Positions 18,057-28,434 are shown, counted from the stretch's first letter. The stretch: DNA of 32,000 nt from Candidatus Heimdallarchaeota archaeon (GCA_030614005.1 JAUWKS010000007.1:30001-62000); one strand, 5' to 3'. The notes: generated by a model not told the origin, from the sequence alone. Made by a program: numbers and translations.

Positions 18057-18076
18057 GCAAGCAAAACTTACTTTAA

Positions 18077-18127
18077 CTTTTCCTTTTTTTTAAAGCATTT
18101 TTTGTTCTATTTTGGTTCACTTTTTTT
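18077..18127 (+). terminator. Oligo-T-rich probable archaeal terminator after rocD
   Basis: Several T runs (T8 at 18084-18091, further T6/T7 runs) immediately after the stop codon. Confidence 0.45.
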
Positions 18128-18196
18128 GAACGGTTATCTATATGTGCTGTTTCACAGTTTAGAGTCCTATCATTGTAAAAAGAGGACTTTCTACAA

Positions 18197-21091
18197 ATGA
18201 CTACACAGCAATCAGATACGAAAGAAAGTAAAACATCATTCAAAATTATCTTTGGTGTTTATTTTAAAACAGGAAAACGAAGAATTATTACTTCTGCTAT
18301 CACTGGCGCAATCATCTTTCTAGTATTAACGACCTTTTTCATGACTTGGTACAGTTTGCGATATGATTCATTCTATAATTATATTGATCAAAATCATGAT
18401 TGGAGGGAAGATGAGAAAACCAGTGTTTTTGGCACTGAATATATTTACAATAGTTATTCTATTGGAAATAATTACCTTAATTCTGCTATTACAGAAGTTA
18501 CAGCAAAACTTGATGAACTTGTGCCTGGGATAAGGGGAAATTATACGGCAGGAATGCGTTTTAATATTTATACCAATTTATCTAGTTTTGAAATTATCAC
18601 CAACGACCTGATTTCACTGGATGATTCTTCTACACAAGTACTCAGCACTTGTTTAACGGAAGGACGTATGCCGGAAAATTACACAGAAATTGTCTATTAT
18701 CAAAAAGGTAGCACAACAAATATTACATTAAATGAGATAATTCCTTTCCAAGCTATAGGTTATACGTCTGAATTTTCTGAAAAAATGTTAAATTGTACCA
18801 TCGTTGGTATAGTAAAAAACGTTGAGAATATTTTGCTTAAAAATGGTATTTCCATTGATTTCTTGTTTGATCCCGATGCTTATTACTTTTATGAGGAGTC
18901 AAGTGATGCTGAACAATTCTTTACAAATCCAGATTTAATGGATGATGTTATCAACTATTACCCTCACATCTCTAGCACATTTTCAGCTGGTCTAGATTTT
19001 GACTACGAAATTTCTATTAGTCATATCAAGAATATACGTCAAATAACAGAGAAAATAATTAAATTTCAAAGGTCTATTACTAGCTTCAATTCTTTACCTG
19101 GATATTATGTCATTTTCTGTGAAGATTTGATTAACGCATTTCGTAACTTTGAAGCAATTTGGTTAAAGCAAACGATAAGTGTATTTGCATCAAGTTTGCC
19201 ATTATTGTTTTTATTTGGAGTGATTATTGTTGAAACATTTAATATTGGATCATTTGAACAAGAATCAAAATTCAGATTACTAAAAACTCATGGCTTAGAG
19301 TTTAAAACACTTAGAAAAATGCTAATATTGGAGAATTTCATTACAGCAAGCACAAGTTTACTTTCAGGTTTTAGTTTAGGACTTTTAGTAGGCTTTTTAG
19401 TATTCTTAAAATTAGATATCTCAAAAGAAGTAAACTATATTGCAGCAGCAATTGAGCCATTTATTGTATTAGGATTAGTAGTGTTATTCTTAGGTTTCTT
19501 TATCTTTGGTATGCTAATTCAATACATTCATGCGAAGAAAACTTCAGAAACTGCTACCCAACAGTATAAAGGAAAGCGTAAAGGGAAAGGAAGAAAACTG
19601 ATAAGGAAAATATTTTCTGCTTCAGAAGTAATGTTCCTAATTCCTGGAATAATATTATCCGCTGTTGGTATTATTGGATTAACTACAATAATGTTTTCTG
19701 GTGAGTTTGGTTCAGCTGTAAACCCAGCATTAGCTGCTCTTATGTGGTTTCTAATTACATTTGGAATCCTATTTACTTTGACATCGCTGTTTCTATTTAT
19801 ATCACGATTACTAAATCTGATATGGACTGCGCTTGGCAATAAAATATGGAAAAATACTAAAAGCTATTTTGCATTAACATTAAAGCATCTAGCGATTTAC
19901 AACAAAAATTATCAAAGAATGGTCTTAGCAATGTTTATTCTTGGTTTAGGAATAACACCAGGATTCATTATAAGCAAATCAATTGATAATCATCATACAT
20001 TAGAGGCTCAACTCACAGTTGGATGTTCTGATTTAGTTATAGAAAATTGGGATGTAACGAAAAAAATACTGAAAGGAAATATATCTCAAATTGAAGGCGT
20101 ACAAAGCCTTACAGAGATATCAATAACAACAATGGAAGTATTTTCTACTATTGACATATGGTCTTGGGACTCGTATAATATCAGATTCTTTACAATTCAA
20201 AATATAACAGAATATTTGCAAGTAGTAGATTTAAGTACACTAGAAGATGACTATTCAGAAAATGATATTGAACAATTATCTACAAATCTTACTTGTATGA
20301 TGAGTAGAAAATATGCAAAAAGGAATGACTTTGACAAAGAAGCAATTTTCAAAACAACTATGATAACCAGTAAACAACACGAACCATACACAATGGCTTA
20401 TGTCAATTCTTTCGAGTATTATCCTTTATTACCAAGAACTGCGCCCTCTTTTATTGATAGATTCTTTGCTGATAAGAGAGAATTCGATTTAATTTTAAGC
20501 AAAACTACGACAGAACTACTTGTAAATAGATCAGATAATAGTGTAAGTAAAAAGGGATACTTGCTTATTAATGCAAAACAAGATGCCAATTTAACTAAAA
20601 TCAAAAATGAGATTAGTAAAGACTTTAGCTACACAGCAAAAACGATTGATGACGTAAGCAATGATTTGGATAAAAAAGTTAGTCAATACGCTCAAGTATT
20701 TCTAATAATAACCTCAATAATTACTTTATTAGCTGTTTTCTTCTTTGGTTTTATTTCAGCTATCAATATTTATAGACAAAGATTGAGAATAATTGAATCT
20801 GAATTCCAAATAGGAGCTCAAAGACGGCAAATTTGGGGTAGCTTTACTTTAGAAGTTTTGTTAGTTATTCCAATACCAATTGCAATCTCTATGGCAATAG
20901 GAATTCCAATTATAAATCTACTCAGTGCTAGTGTTCTGAACATTACAGAGGGTTTTGTAAAGTTTGTCCCATGGATGCCCTGGTGGATAATCCTAGTTAT
21001 TATTGCAACTGGAATAATTGCTTTGGTGTCAAGTTGGTTGCTGAAGATAATTCCCTTAGTGAAAAGCTACAAACCAATAAAACAGGAGTGA
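18197..21091 (+). CDS. ABC transporter permease, duplicated MacB/FtsX-type (two extracellular domains, about 8 TM)
   Basis: Two repeats of TM - large extracytoplasmic domain (GRMPENYTEI) - 3 TM. ESKFRLLKTHG and ESEFQIGAQRRQI correspond to the FtsX E..L..LG motif. Many NxS/T sequons. Confidence 0.85.
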   Translation: MTTQQSDTKESKTSFKIIFGVYFKTGKRRIITSAITGAIIFLVLTTFFMTWYSLRYDSFYNYIDQNHDWREDEKTSVFGTEYIYNSYSIGNNYLNSAITEVTAKLDELVPGIRGNYTAGMRFNIYTNLSSFEIITNDLISLDDSSTQVLSTCLTEGRMPENYTEIVYYQKGSTTNITLNEIIPFQAIGYTSEFSEKMLNCTIVGIVKNVENILLKNGISIDFLFDPDAYYFYEESSDAEQFFTNPDLMDDVINYYPHISSTFSAGLDFDYEISISHIKNIRQITEKIIKFQRSITSFNSLPGYYVIFCEDLINAFRNFEAIWLKQTISVFASSLPLLFLFGVIIVETFNIGSFEQESKFRLLKTHGLEFKTLRKMLILENFITASTSLLSGFSLGLLVGFLVFLKLDISKEVNYIAAAIEPFIVLGLVVLFLGFFIFGMLIQYIHAKKTSETATQQYKGKRKGKGRKLIRKIFSASEVMFLIPGIILSAVGIIGLTTIMFSGEFGSAVNPALAALMWFLITFGILFTLTSLFLFISRLLNLIWTALGNKIWKNTKSYFALTLKHLAIYNKNYQRMVLAMFILGLGITPGFIISKSIDNHHTLEAQLTVGCSDLVIENWDVTKKILKGNISQIEGVQSLTEISITTMEVFSTIDIWSWDSYNIRFFTIQNITEYLQVVDLSTLEDDYSENDIEQLSTNLTCMMSRKYAKRNDFDKEAIFKTTMITSKQHEPYTMAYVNSFEYYPLLPRTAPSFIDRFFADKREFDLILSKTTTELLVNRSDNSVSKKGYLLINAKQDANLTKIKNEISKDFSYTAKTIDDVSNDLDKKVSQYAQVFLIITSIITLLAVFFFGFISAINIYRQRLRIIESEFQIGAQRRQIWGSFTLEVLLVIPIPIAISMAIGIPIINLLSASVLNITEGFVKFVPWMPWWIILVIIATGIIALVSSWLLKIIPLVKSYKPIKQE

Positions 21092-21096
21092 TTGAT

Positions 21097-22758
21097 ATGA
21101 TACGCTGCAGAGATTTAATAAAAATATTCGAAGATGATGAAGTCGAAGGTAACCGAATACCAGCCCTTCGAGGTTGTGACTTAGACATCAAAGAAGGAAC
21201 TATTGTTTCAATGGTAGGTCCAAGTGGTTCAGGTAAAACAACTCTAATTAACATCTTAGCCGGACTCTTAAAAATATCAAGTGGAGAATGCAAAGTTGGT
21301 AATTATGATCTTGAATTGATGAATCAAAAATCTTTGAATAAATATCGACTAAAAAATGTTGGAATAATTGACCAATTTCCAGAAAGAACGCTATTTCTTG
21401 ACGCAACAGTAGAAGAAAACATGAAATTTTCCATAGGTCTACTTCATGGTAATTCTACTGATTACAAAACAAGGAATTTGGAAATACTAGAAAAATTAGG
21501 TATTGATCATCTCAAATCTAGATTAGTGAGACATTTATCTGGAGGCGAGATGACTAGAACTGCTATTGCATGTGCATTAGCAAAGAACGTTCCAATACTT
21601 TTATGTGATGAACCTACAGGTCAACTGGACAGCCTTAATACTGAGAAAGTTAAAACTCTACTAAGACAAGTTGCTCAAGAATTCGGAACAACCATCTTTG
21701 TCGTTACACATGATTATCGCTTTTTTGATGGAGTGGATAAAACATGTGAAATAAGGGATGGTAGAGTATCCTCAATGCTTTCTATAGAAGAACAAATGCT
21801 ACTTAACGGTAACAAAGAGTTCCCCTTAAAATTTAGAGCTCAAATTGATTCATCGAATAGTGTTCGAATACCTGATCTCGTTTCAAGAACAATGAAAATC
21901 AAACGAGAAGTTGATTTTGAGCTGTTTGAATTAGGTGAGGTAAAACTTTCTCATCCAGAGAATCTACCGCCTGAAAAGGTGGTTAAAGAAGACATCAAAG
22001 TACGCCGAAGAGATTTACATGTAAATCCCTTACCTCAAACATATTTCAAAGGAAAAGAAATAATGGTTGACATCAAAGATGTTTCAAAAACCTATTATGG
22101 AAATGGAGTTGATGTTAAAGCATTACAAAATATCAACTTACAACTCTTTAAGGGTGAATTGTTATTTGTTCTTGGACCCAGCGGATCTGGAAAAACCACA
22201 TTGATTAAACTATTAGCAGGTTTAGTAAATGCCACAAATGGTTCAATACTTTACCAAAACACTGACTTTACAAAATTATCTGATATACAAAAATCAGATT
22301 TTCGTAGAAATAGAATGGGCTTAGTTTCACAACAAGGGAATCTTCACCCATTTTTGACTATTGACGACAACTTCTACCTCAAGGATATCTTTTCAGGGAA
22401 ACGTTTTACCAATGTTGAAAATCTGAGTGACAGAAATAAGGAATATCTAGATAAATACAAAATTGATCATCGTAAGAATTCCTACCCTCTTGAAATCTCA
22501 GGAGGCGAATTACAACGAGCTTCCCTTGCCATAGCAAATTATTCCTATCCTCCTATAGTCATATTAGATGAACCAACAGCGAATTTCGATTCAGAATTGG
22601 CTTCACATGCTATCGAAGAAATCTATGATACACATGAGAAATCAGATACTACTTTTATTATCGCTACTCATGATATCACTTTGATAAAAGATGGAATACG
22701 TGCAATAGAACTACAAGATGGTCAAATCAGTCAAGATGGTATTGTGTTCACAAAATAG
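21097..22758 (+). CDS. ABC ATP-binding protein with two LolD/MacB-type NBDs joined by an AbrB-like linker; true start probably ATG 21097
   Basis: Two GPSGSGKTT, LSGGE/ISGGE, CDEPT/LDEPT, THD motifs. GGAGTGA at 21085-21091 precedes ATG 21097. Confidence 0.9.
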   Translation: MIRCRDLIKIFEDDEVEGNRIPALRGCDLDIKEGTIVSMVGPSGSGKTTLINILAGLLKISSGECKVGNYDLELMNQKSLNKYRLKNVGIIDQFPERTLFLDATVEENMKFSIGLLHGNSTDYKTRNLEILEKLGIDHLKSRLVRHLSGGEMTRTAIACALAKNVPILLCDEPTGQLDSLNTEKVKTLLRQVAQEFGTTIFVVTHDYRFFDGVDKTCEIRDGRVSSMLSIEEQMLLNGNKEFPLKFRAQIDSSNSVRIPDLVSRTMKIKREVDFELFELGEVKLSHPENLPPEKVVKEDIKVRRRDLHVNPLPQTYFKGKEIMVDIKDVSKTYYGNGVDVKALQNINLQLFKGELLFVLGPSGSGKTTLIKLLAGLVNATNGSILYQNTDFTKLSDIQKSDFRRNRMGLVSQQGNLHPFLTIDDNFYLKDIFSGKRFTNVENLSDRNKEYLDKYKIDHRKNSYPLEISGGELQRASLAIANYSYPPIVILDEPTANFDSELASHAIEEIYDTHEKSDTTFIIATHDITLIKDGIRAIELQDGQISQDGIVFTK

Positions 22759-22779
22759 TAAAATGAACGCAATATTATC

Positions 22780-24396
22780 TCATCTTCTTTTTTTTCTATT
22801 AAATATCAGCACTGTTATTGTACTTAGTAAGAAGAAACTTACTAATACACTGTTCACAGAAAACCCTTCTAACAGAAAAGATAACTCATCCGGATAAGAT
22901 GAATTGCCGTAAAATATTTCCTCAGGAGGCGTGTAAATCAAATCTTCTCTTGGAGGATTGTTAGTAATATTTGTTGGATCTGTCCCAGCCAAAACTTCAA
23001 TACCATCTGTAAAACCGTCTAAATCTGTATCTGAGCTATTTACTTCTGTTTGGTAGTAGGTTTCAGAAAGGTCGTCAAGTAAATCGGAATCACTATCCAA
23101 CCAACCGGTGTTAGCAAATGAACCTCGATAGCAATACCATGGAGAAGCTCCAGATTGAGTTACACCTGTTAATTCCAAACAGTACAAATTTGTATCATAA
23201 TAGCCAGAACCAAAGAGTATCTCGGAAACATTATCGTTATCAAGATCTATTACGCATGAAGGTGTTCTTGCAGCAGCGAGAAGGGTATACTTCCAAATCA
23301 TACTTCCATTATTTTGTAAGCAATAGAAATCATAATTATTACTGCCAATTAAAATTTCAAAAGTACCATCATTGTTCAAATCAGCGATTGAAGGCGAAGA
23401 CCAAATACTTTCTCCTGTAGAAAAAGCCCAGTTAAGGGTTCCATTGTGGAATAAACAATATACCGTTCCATCATTTGACCCTATAATAATTTCTTTGTTG
23501 GAGTCGCCATATATATCATAAATCGCTGGAGAAGAATAAATACTTTCAGCTGTTAAATATCTCCATATTGTATCTCCTGTTGAATTAAGACAATAAATGC
23601 TATTATTTAATGAACCAATAATTATCTCTAATTTTCCATCATTATTCAAATCACTAATCGTTGGTGAGGAATAGCTCACTTGCGAAACTTGTGCTGCTTT
23701 CCAAACAAGTCCTCCAGATGAATTAAGGCAATATAATGCATCTGTACCTGCTAATACTTCTAGCTGCCCATCAGAATTAATATCAGCAACACCTAATGCA
23801 CTCTCAAAATAAAATATCCCCGTTGTTTCATAACTCCATTCTAATGTTCCATTAAATCCTAGGCAATAAAGAATCGAATCTCCTGAACCAATTAATACCT
23901 CAAGTTCACCATCCTTATCTATGTCAATAATGGTAGGCGATGTTGATACATCTCCTCCTGTTGTATAGATCCAATTGGTGTAAACTATTGCATAGCCATT
24001 ATTCAGAATAGGTGTGATACAATAGATGTTGTTATCATAGGATCCGAAGACTATGTCAAGAAATCCATCTTTATTTAAATCTGCAACAGCTGGTGTGGAT
24101 GAAATTACATCTCCAGCAAAGTAGCACCATAATTCATTGCCATCTTTATCAACACAATAAAGACAACCTTCTTGTGAAGCAAAAATAATCTCTAGAACTC
24201 CATCTCCTTCAAAATCGAAAGGAATTGGTGCAGTTCCGATTGCACTAAATGTTGGAAAAACCCACTTCAAATCTACGCCCATTGCTTCAATTGAATAACT
24301 ATCAGAATTTTCACTTGTCACTTGCGCATGTGATTCTACAAATGATAATTGGGAAATGACTAACAAACAAATGACTAATGCTATGGATTTTTTCAA
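22780..24396 (-). CDS. Secreted, C-terminally anchored FG-GAP-like beta-propeller protein with Ca-binding TSP3-like repeats
   Basis: Signal peptide MKKSIALVICLLVISQ; 8 repeats of P.(I/V).D(L/I)..DG..E(I/V)..G....(L/I)YC; DSDSD/DTDLDG repeats; C-terminal TM followed by RKKRR. Confidence 0.85.
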   Translation of the reverse strand: MKKSIALVICLLVISQLSFVESHAQVTSENSDSYSIEAMGVDLKWVFPTFSAIGTAPIPFDFEGDGVLEIIFASQEGCLYCVDKDGNELWCYFAGDVISSTPAVADLNKDGFLDIVFGSYDNNIYCITPILNNGYAIVYTNWIYTTGGDVSTSPTIIDIDKDGELEVLIGSGDSILYCLGFNGTLEWSYETTGIFYFESALGVADINSDGQLEVLAGTDALYCLNSSGGLVWKAAQVSQVSYSSPTISDLNNDGKLEIIIGSLNNSIYCLNSTGDTIWRYLTAESIYSSPAIYDIYGDSNKEIIIGSNDGTVYCLFHNGTLNWAFSTGESIWSSPSIADLNNDGTFEILIGSNNYDFYCLQNNGSMIWKYTLLAAARTPSCVIDLDNDNVSEILFGSGYYDTNLYCLELTGVTQSGASPWYCYRGSFANTGWLDSDSDLLDDLSETYYQTEVNSSDTDLDGFTDGIEVLAGTDPTNITNNPPREDLIYTPPEEIFYGNSSYPDELSFLLEGFSVNSVLVSFFLLSTITVLIFNRKKRR

Positions 24397-24520
24397 GTTG
24401 AATCTCTCCTAATGAAGGTGATAGCTCAACTAAATATGGTATTATAAAATTATTAACTTTTAGCACAGATTTGTAGTTGCAATTTTTTACAATAATACAC
24501 TAGCTAAGAAAATAATGGAA

Positions 24521-25492
24521 CTAATAGTTCCATTCTTTCTTAATAGAAAATGAATTGTTAGTGTCAGTGTTTTTTCTGTAGAAAAGTTCTGCTAAGAATC
24601 CAATAAAGATCAATAATATTCCAAATAAGAATAGTATCAACCCTATTGTAACTAGTGGATTGGAAAGAAATGCTACCGGATCTGAATAATAGTTCCAAAA
24701 TCGATAGAACAGCACTCGCTCAAATATTGCCCAAACACCACTTAGAAAACTCAAAAAGATGAATACAGAAGCCCAGAGATTGAAGAGGTGACCAGGTTTT
24801 GTTCCCCATTTGTTCATTGCACGTAAAGTTAGGAGGTCATTAAATCCTCTGAATAATCTTTTGAAACCATATTTTGTTTTACCCATTGTTCTTGGTTTGT
24901 GGTTTGTTTCAATTTCGCCAATTCTGTATCCTTTTTTGGAAAGGATAGCTGGAATATATCTATGTCCTTCAGCAAACAATTGCAATCCATCGATAGCTTC
25001 TCTTCGATATGATCTAAGAGTGCATCCAGAATCATGTACAGCTAAATTATTGAAACGACGGTTGAGGAAGTTGTTAAATTTAGAAGGTATTTTTTTCAAG
25101 GAATTGTCTTGACGATTTTTACGCCACCCACATATTACATCATATTCGTTTGTTAAAGCATCCAACAATTTTGGAATATCTTGTGGATCATTTTGAAGAT
25201 CGCCATCAAGTGTAACAATAACATCACCTGTCACATTTGCGAATCCAGCTAACAACGCTGGAGTTTGCCCGTAGTTTCTTTGCAATTCCAAAATTCGCAG
25301 AGAACCATTAGTTTTGTCATAACCATTAGATAATATGCTTCTCAAATTTAGTAGAGTTTTATCTCGAGAGCCATCATCTACAAATATGATTTCGTATGGA
25401 TGATTTCTTTTACCCATAACATTAGAAATGGAATGATAAAGGGGAAGAACATTGTCTTCCTCATTATAAACTGGAATTACTATTGAGATCAA
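24521..25492 (-). CDS. GT2 glycosyltransferase, polyprenol-phosphate glycosyltransferase (ArnC/DPM-like)
   Basis: ISIVIPVYNEE, EIIFVDDGSRD, RNYGQTPAL, TLDGDLQNDP, HDSGCTLR, two C-terminal TM helices. Confidence 0.9.
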   Translation of the reverse strand: MISIVIPVYNEEDNVLPLYHSISNVMGKRNHPYEIIFVDDGSRDKTLLNLRSILSNGYDKTNGSLRILELQRNYGQTPALLAGFANVTGDVIVTLDGDLQNDPQDIPKLLDALTNEYDVICGWRKNRQDNSLKKIPSKFNNFLNRRFNNLAVHDSGCTLRSYRREAIDGLQLFAEGHRYIPAILSKKGYRIGEIETNHKPRTMGKTKYGFKRLFRGFNDLLTLRAMNKWGTKPGHLFNLWASVFIFLSFLSGVWAIFERVLFYRFWNYYSDPVAFLSNPLVTIGLILFLFGILLIFIGFLAELFYRKNTDTNNSFSIKKEWNY

Positions 25493-25579
25493 ATTGCACC
25501 AGCTCGTATTATTTATGTAATGAGCTATTTTTGTCAGCTCATATACACGCTGGGCAATTTACTTTTTAAATAGCTAAAT

Positions 25580-26299
25580 TTAGGTTAATTTCTCTAAATC
25601 ATCCAGTGAAGTTTTCGCTACTGTACGAACAACAGGATGCTTGTCATTTTTATGAGCTTTCAGTAGCGCTTTTTTTACTTTAGAATTATTGATTTCTCCA
25701 AAATTACGAGCGATCTTCTGCCTTAATCTAAAGTCTTCATCACTTTCCAATGCTTCAATTAGCTTTGGTAGAACTGATTCCAGATGTTCCTTGTTCTTGA
25801 TGAGTATTCTAGCAGCATTCATTCTAGTACCATAATAAGCTGCATTTTTCAATGCTGATAATAAACCTGGGATTAAGTTTTCAAATTTATCATATTCCAT
25901 TTCACCAAGAGCAATTGCTGCCACATCTCCGATACCTTGTTTCTCTCCAAGATATTTTACGATAAAAGGTATTGCTTCTTGTGCTTTAGTTGCTCTCCAA
26001 CCTAATCTCTGAATTGTTTGGAAGCAGATTCGTGAATCTAACTTGTCATATTGCATTATTGTTGTGAGAATTGGAATATAGTGTTCATCTTCTAAATATG
26101 GTAGAACTTGTCGGTAAATAATTGATAAAAGAATGAGATTTTCAGCTAGTTTTTCATTTTGAACCAATCTAAGTATAATCTCGCCTACTTCTTCTTTATT
26201 CTTCTGAACAAATGGTTCAACAATATAATTAGGTCTACTCAATTCCTGTTCGATTAACTTGAATAATTCTTCTTCAATGCTAGTAGTCTTTGTTGACAT
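25580..26299 (-). CDS. HEAT-repeat (PBS lyase-like) protein
   Basis: Repeats VAAIALG, TRMNAARIL, LRQKIARNFG and VVRTVAKTSL separated by IP.L/LP.L helices. Confidence 0.75.
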   Translation of the reverse strand: MSTKTTSIEEELFKLIEQELSRPNYIVEPFVQKNKEEVGEIILRLVQNEKLAENLILLSIIYRQVLPYLEDEHYIPILTTIMQYDKLDSRICFQTIQRLGWRATKAQEAIPFIVKYLGEKQGIGDVAAIALGEMEYDKFENLIPGLLSALKNAAYYGTRMNAARILIKNKEHLESVLPKLIEALESDEDFRLRQKIARNFGEINNSKVKKALLKAHKNDKHPVVRTVAKTSLDDLEKLT

Positions 26300-26312
26300 T
26301 TTTTTTCACCTG

Positions 26313-27401
26313 TTATTGTTCAGCAAGCCTCTTCTTCCAATAATCTCGAGGGTCAGTAAATCTTAATCCACTTCGTAGATTAAACGGACAAACAGATATA
26401 CAAGTGGAACATTCGCCACCGTTGTCAGTCCAAAATTCATAGCACTTATCGACATTTACTGCCCACCGGTAAATTCCTTTGTTGTTAGAATCACTATATG
26501 TTTTGAAAGAAGGTTCATCATCAAATGAGATGGCTTCATTTTCACACGCCTCTGCACATCTCTTACATTTTCGGCAATAATCAGTTAATCCAAAATCTAC
26601 TTTTTCATCATGCAGTAAAGGCATATCAGTAAATACTTTACAAAGTCTAACTCGAGCACCGTGATCTCGAGTTGTCAATAATCCATTGCGCCCTACTTGG
26701 CCAAGACCGGCATCTACTGCGATGGGAATTGATAATGCGGTATCATTTCCTGTTGGAATTGCTCGATAACCCAATTTTCTAATAAATTCTGCAAGGGAAG
26801 AAACAATGAAAGCCATTTGAGAATAACCCATACCGCTTGCAAATCCTTGAGTCATTGAGGGGGAAGTACTAATCGTATCTGCATCCATAACAGCTCCAAT
26901 CGCTATTACTGAAGTCATTCCTTCCGGCATTTCAATAGGAGTTTCAACCCTGTCTTCAGTGTAAGTCCATTTTTTATCATAAGGAGCTATGCCAACCATA
27001 TCTGCTCCAAAGGATTTTGTAACAGCTTTAATTGTCCTTGTCACTTTATCGATATTCTTCTCATCTATCTTATACACTTCTGGAAGAGCATCTGGCATCA
27101 TATTGTTAGGTTTAGCAAGTTTTTCCCAAGAAAATGCACGACGGAAATAATCATGAACAGTCCATGATGCAATTGCTAATGCATGATCAATTTGAGTATA
27201 CCCAGGTTGTTCTTCATCTAAAATGTCTGGAACTTTATCATACATATAGACCTTATAGGTCTTCATTTTTTCATCCCAGTTAACCCTGCCAAAAATACTA
27301 TCATATTCACTAAAAGGTTCAAAATCATCCTTTAGAGTAAATTCAGGTGATACAGTGAGTTTTTTCTTATTTTTTCCTTCCTTCTTCTTAACGTCAGACA
27401 T
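26313..27401 (-). CDS. Reductive dehalogenase-like cobalamin/2x[4Fe-4S] protein without a Tat signal
   Basis: FGADMVGIA, ALSIPIAVDAGLGQVGRNGLL...GARVRLCKVFTDMPL, CRKCKRCAEAC, KC..W...ECSTCISVCPF. Confidence 0.85.
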   Translation of the reverse strand: MSDVKKKEGKNKKKLTVSPEFTLKDDFEPFSEYDSIFGRVNWDEKMKTYKVYMYDKVPDILDEEQPGYTQIDHALAIASWTVHDYFRRAFSWEKLAKPNNMMPDALPEVYKIDEKNIDKVTRTIKAVTKSFGADMVGIAPYDKKWTYTEDRVETPIEMPEGMTSVIAIGAVMDADTISTSPSMTQGFASGMGYSQMAFIVSSLAEFIRKLGYRAIPTGNDTALSIPIAVDAGLGQVGRNGLLTTRDHGARVRLCKVFTDMPLLHDEKVDFGLTDYCRKCKRCAEACENEAISFDDEPSFKTYSDSNNKGIYRWAVNVDKCYEFWTDNGGECSTCISVCPFNLRSGLRFTDPRDYWKKRLAEQ

Positions 27402-27432
27402 TTCATTTTACCTTCAAACTTTGTTTCTTTAT

Positions 27433-28434
27433 TCATTTTATTGTTTTTGCTTTAAGTTTATCATAACCCGTTGTGCTAAATGGACACACTCTAATACAAA
27501 TAGTGCAACCGTAATTTGAAGCAAAATAGGGGAAACACTTCTCATTTTCAATATGAGTTAGCAATCCATTTTCGCGTTTTATTGGTTTCTCATAAATTGC
27601 TTTTGGCGGGCAGTTCTTAATACAATTACCACAAGTTGCACAATATTCGGGGACCCATTCATGGGAATTTTCAGTAGCAAAGGGTAGATTGGTTATATTT
27701 GTAAATACTGCTGCTAGTCTTACTCGAGAGCCAAATTCAGGAGTAATTAATAATCCATGTCTACCGTTCCATCCAAGACCTGCTTTTTTTGCTAATGGAG
27801 GATATAACACTAAACCACCTAAAGGATGCGATGCATGAGCAGAATAACCATGAGCACGTAAGAAAGAAGCCACTTTATTTGCGGTAATTCCTAAATTATT
27901 GTAGGTTTCCATAATCATTATGATGGTATCACGATGGGGAGCTTTTGCAATACTCTTCTTATCCATCTCCATAACTAAAACAATTGCATTATCATGTAAG
28001 ACTGCTTTATCTTTGAAAATTAGATTACGGGGTAATTTTGTAAAACCAATAGTAGCTATTCCTTGAGTTTTGCAGAATTCTTTCAATTCCTGAAGAAAAA
28101 TATCATCAATAGTTTCTTTTGGATTCAGAGCGTTTTTGCTAAGGCTGTTAAGTGATACTCCTATATTTTTAATGTTGGAACGCATAAGGTTGGTTGTTTG
28201 ATTAATCATTAATGATTGCTCTTTGCCTTGTTCAACAAACTCAACAATATTTAATGGAATGTCAAATCTAGTAGGTGATTGTTCAGTAGCAGTAATAGCT
28301 TCAGGTTTCTCATTTATTGCATCTTCTTTTTGATAGACCCTCTTGACAGAGGGTTTTACCACTCTTCGAAAAAATGCTCTTTTGATTTTTAATCCAATTT
28401 TCATATAATCACAACAAATGTTATTATTGCTCAA
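27433..28434 (-). CDS. Second RdhA/QueG-superfamily cobalamin/[4Fe-4S] protein (start TTG 28434 or ATG 28404)
   Basis: GIATIGFT, LYPPLAKKAGLGWNGRHGLLITPEFGSRVRLAAVFT, CATCGNCIKNCP, KC..F...GCTICIRVCPF. Confidence 0.82.
   Translation of the reverse strand: MSNNNICCDYMKIGLKIKRAFFRRVVKPSVKRVYQKEDAINEKPEAITATEQSPTRFDIPLNIVEFVEQGKEQSLMINQTTNLMRSNIKNIGVSLNSLSKNALNPKETIDDIFLQELKEFCKTQGIATIGFTKLPRNLIFKDKAVLHDNAIVLVMEMDKKSIAKAPHRDTIIMIMETYNNLGITANKVASFLRAHGYSAHASHPLGGLVLYPPLAKKAGLGWNGRHGLLITPEFGSRVRLAAVFTNITNLPFATENSHEWVPEYCATCGNCIKNCPPKAIYEKPIKRENGLLTHIENEKCFPYFASNYGCTICIRVCPFSTTGYDKLKAKTIK

Noticed and set aside
20971-21096. 42-aa N-terminal extension of the ABC ATPase overlapping the permease
   Set aside because: Artefact of the longest-ORF call. 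A good SD and ATG lie at 21085-21099, just after the permease stop.
28375-28434. Tat signal in the second Rdh-like protein (AFFRRVVK)
   Set aside because: Does not fit S/T-R-R-x-F-L-K and no hydrophobic h-region follows.
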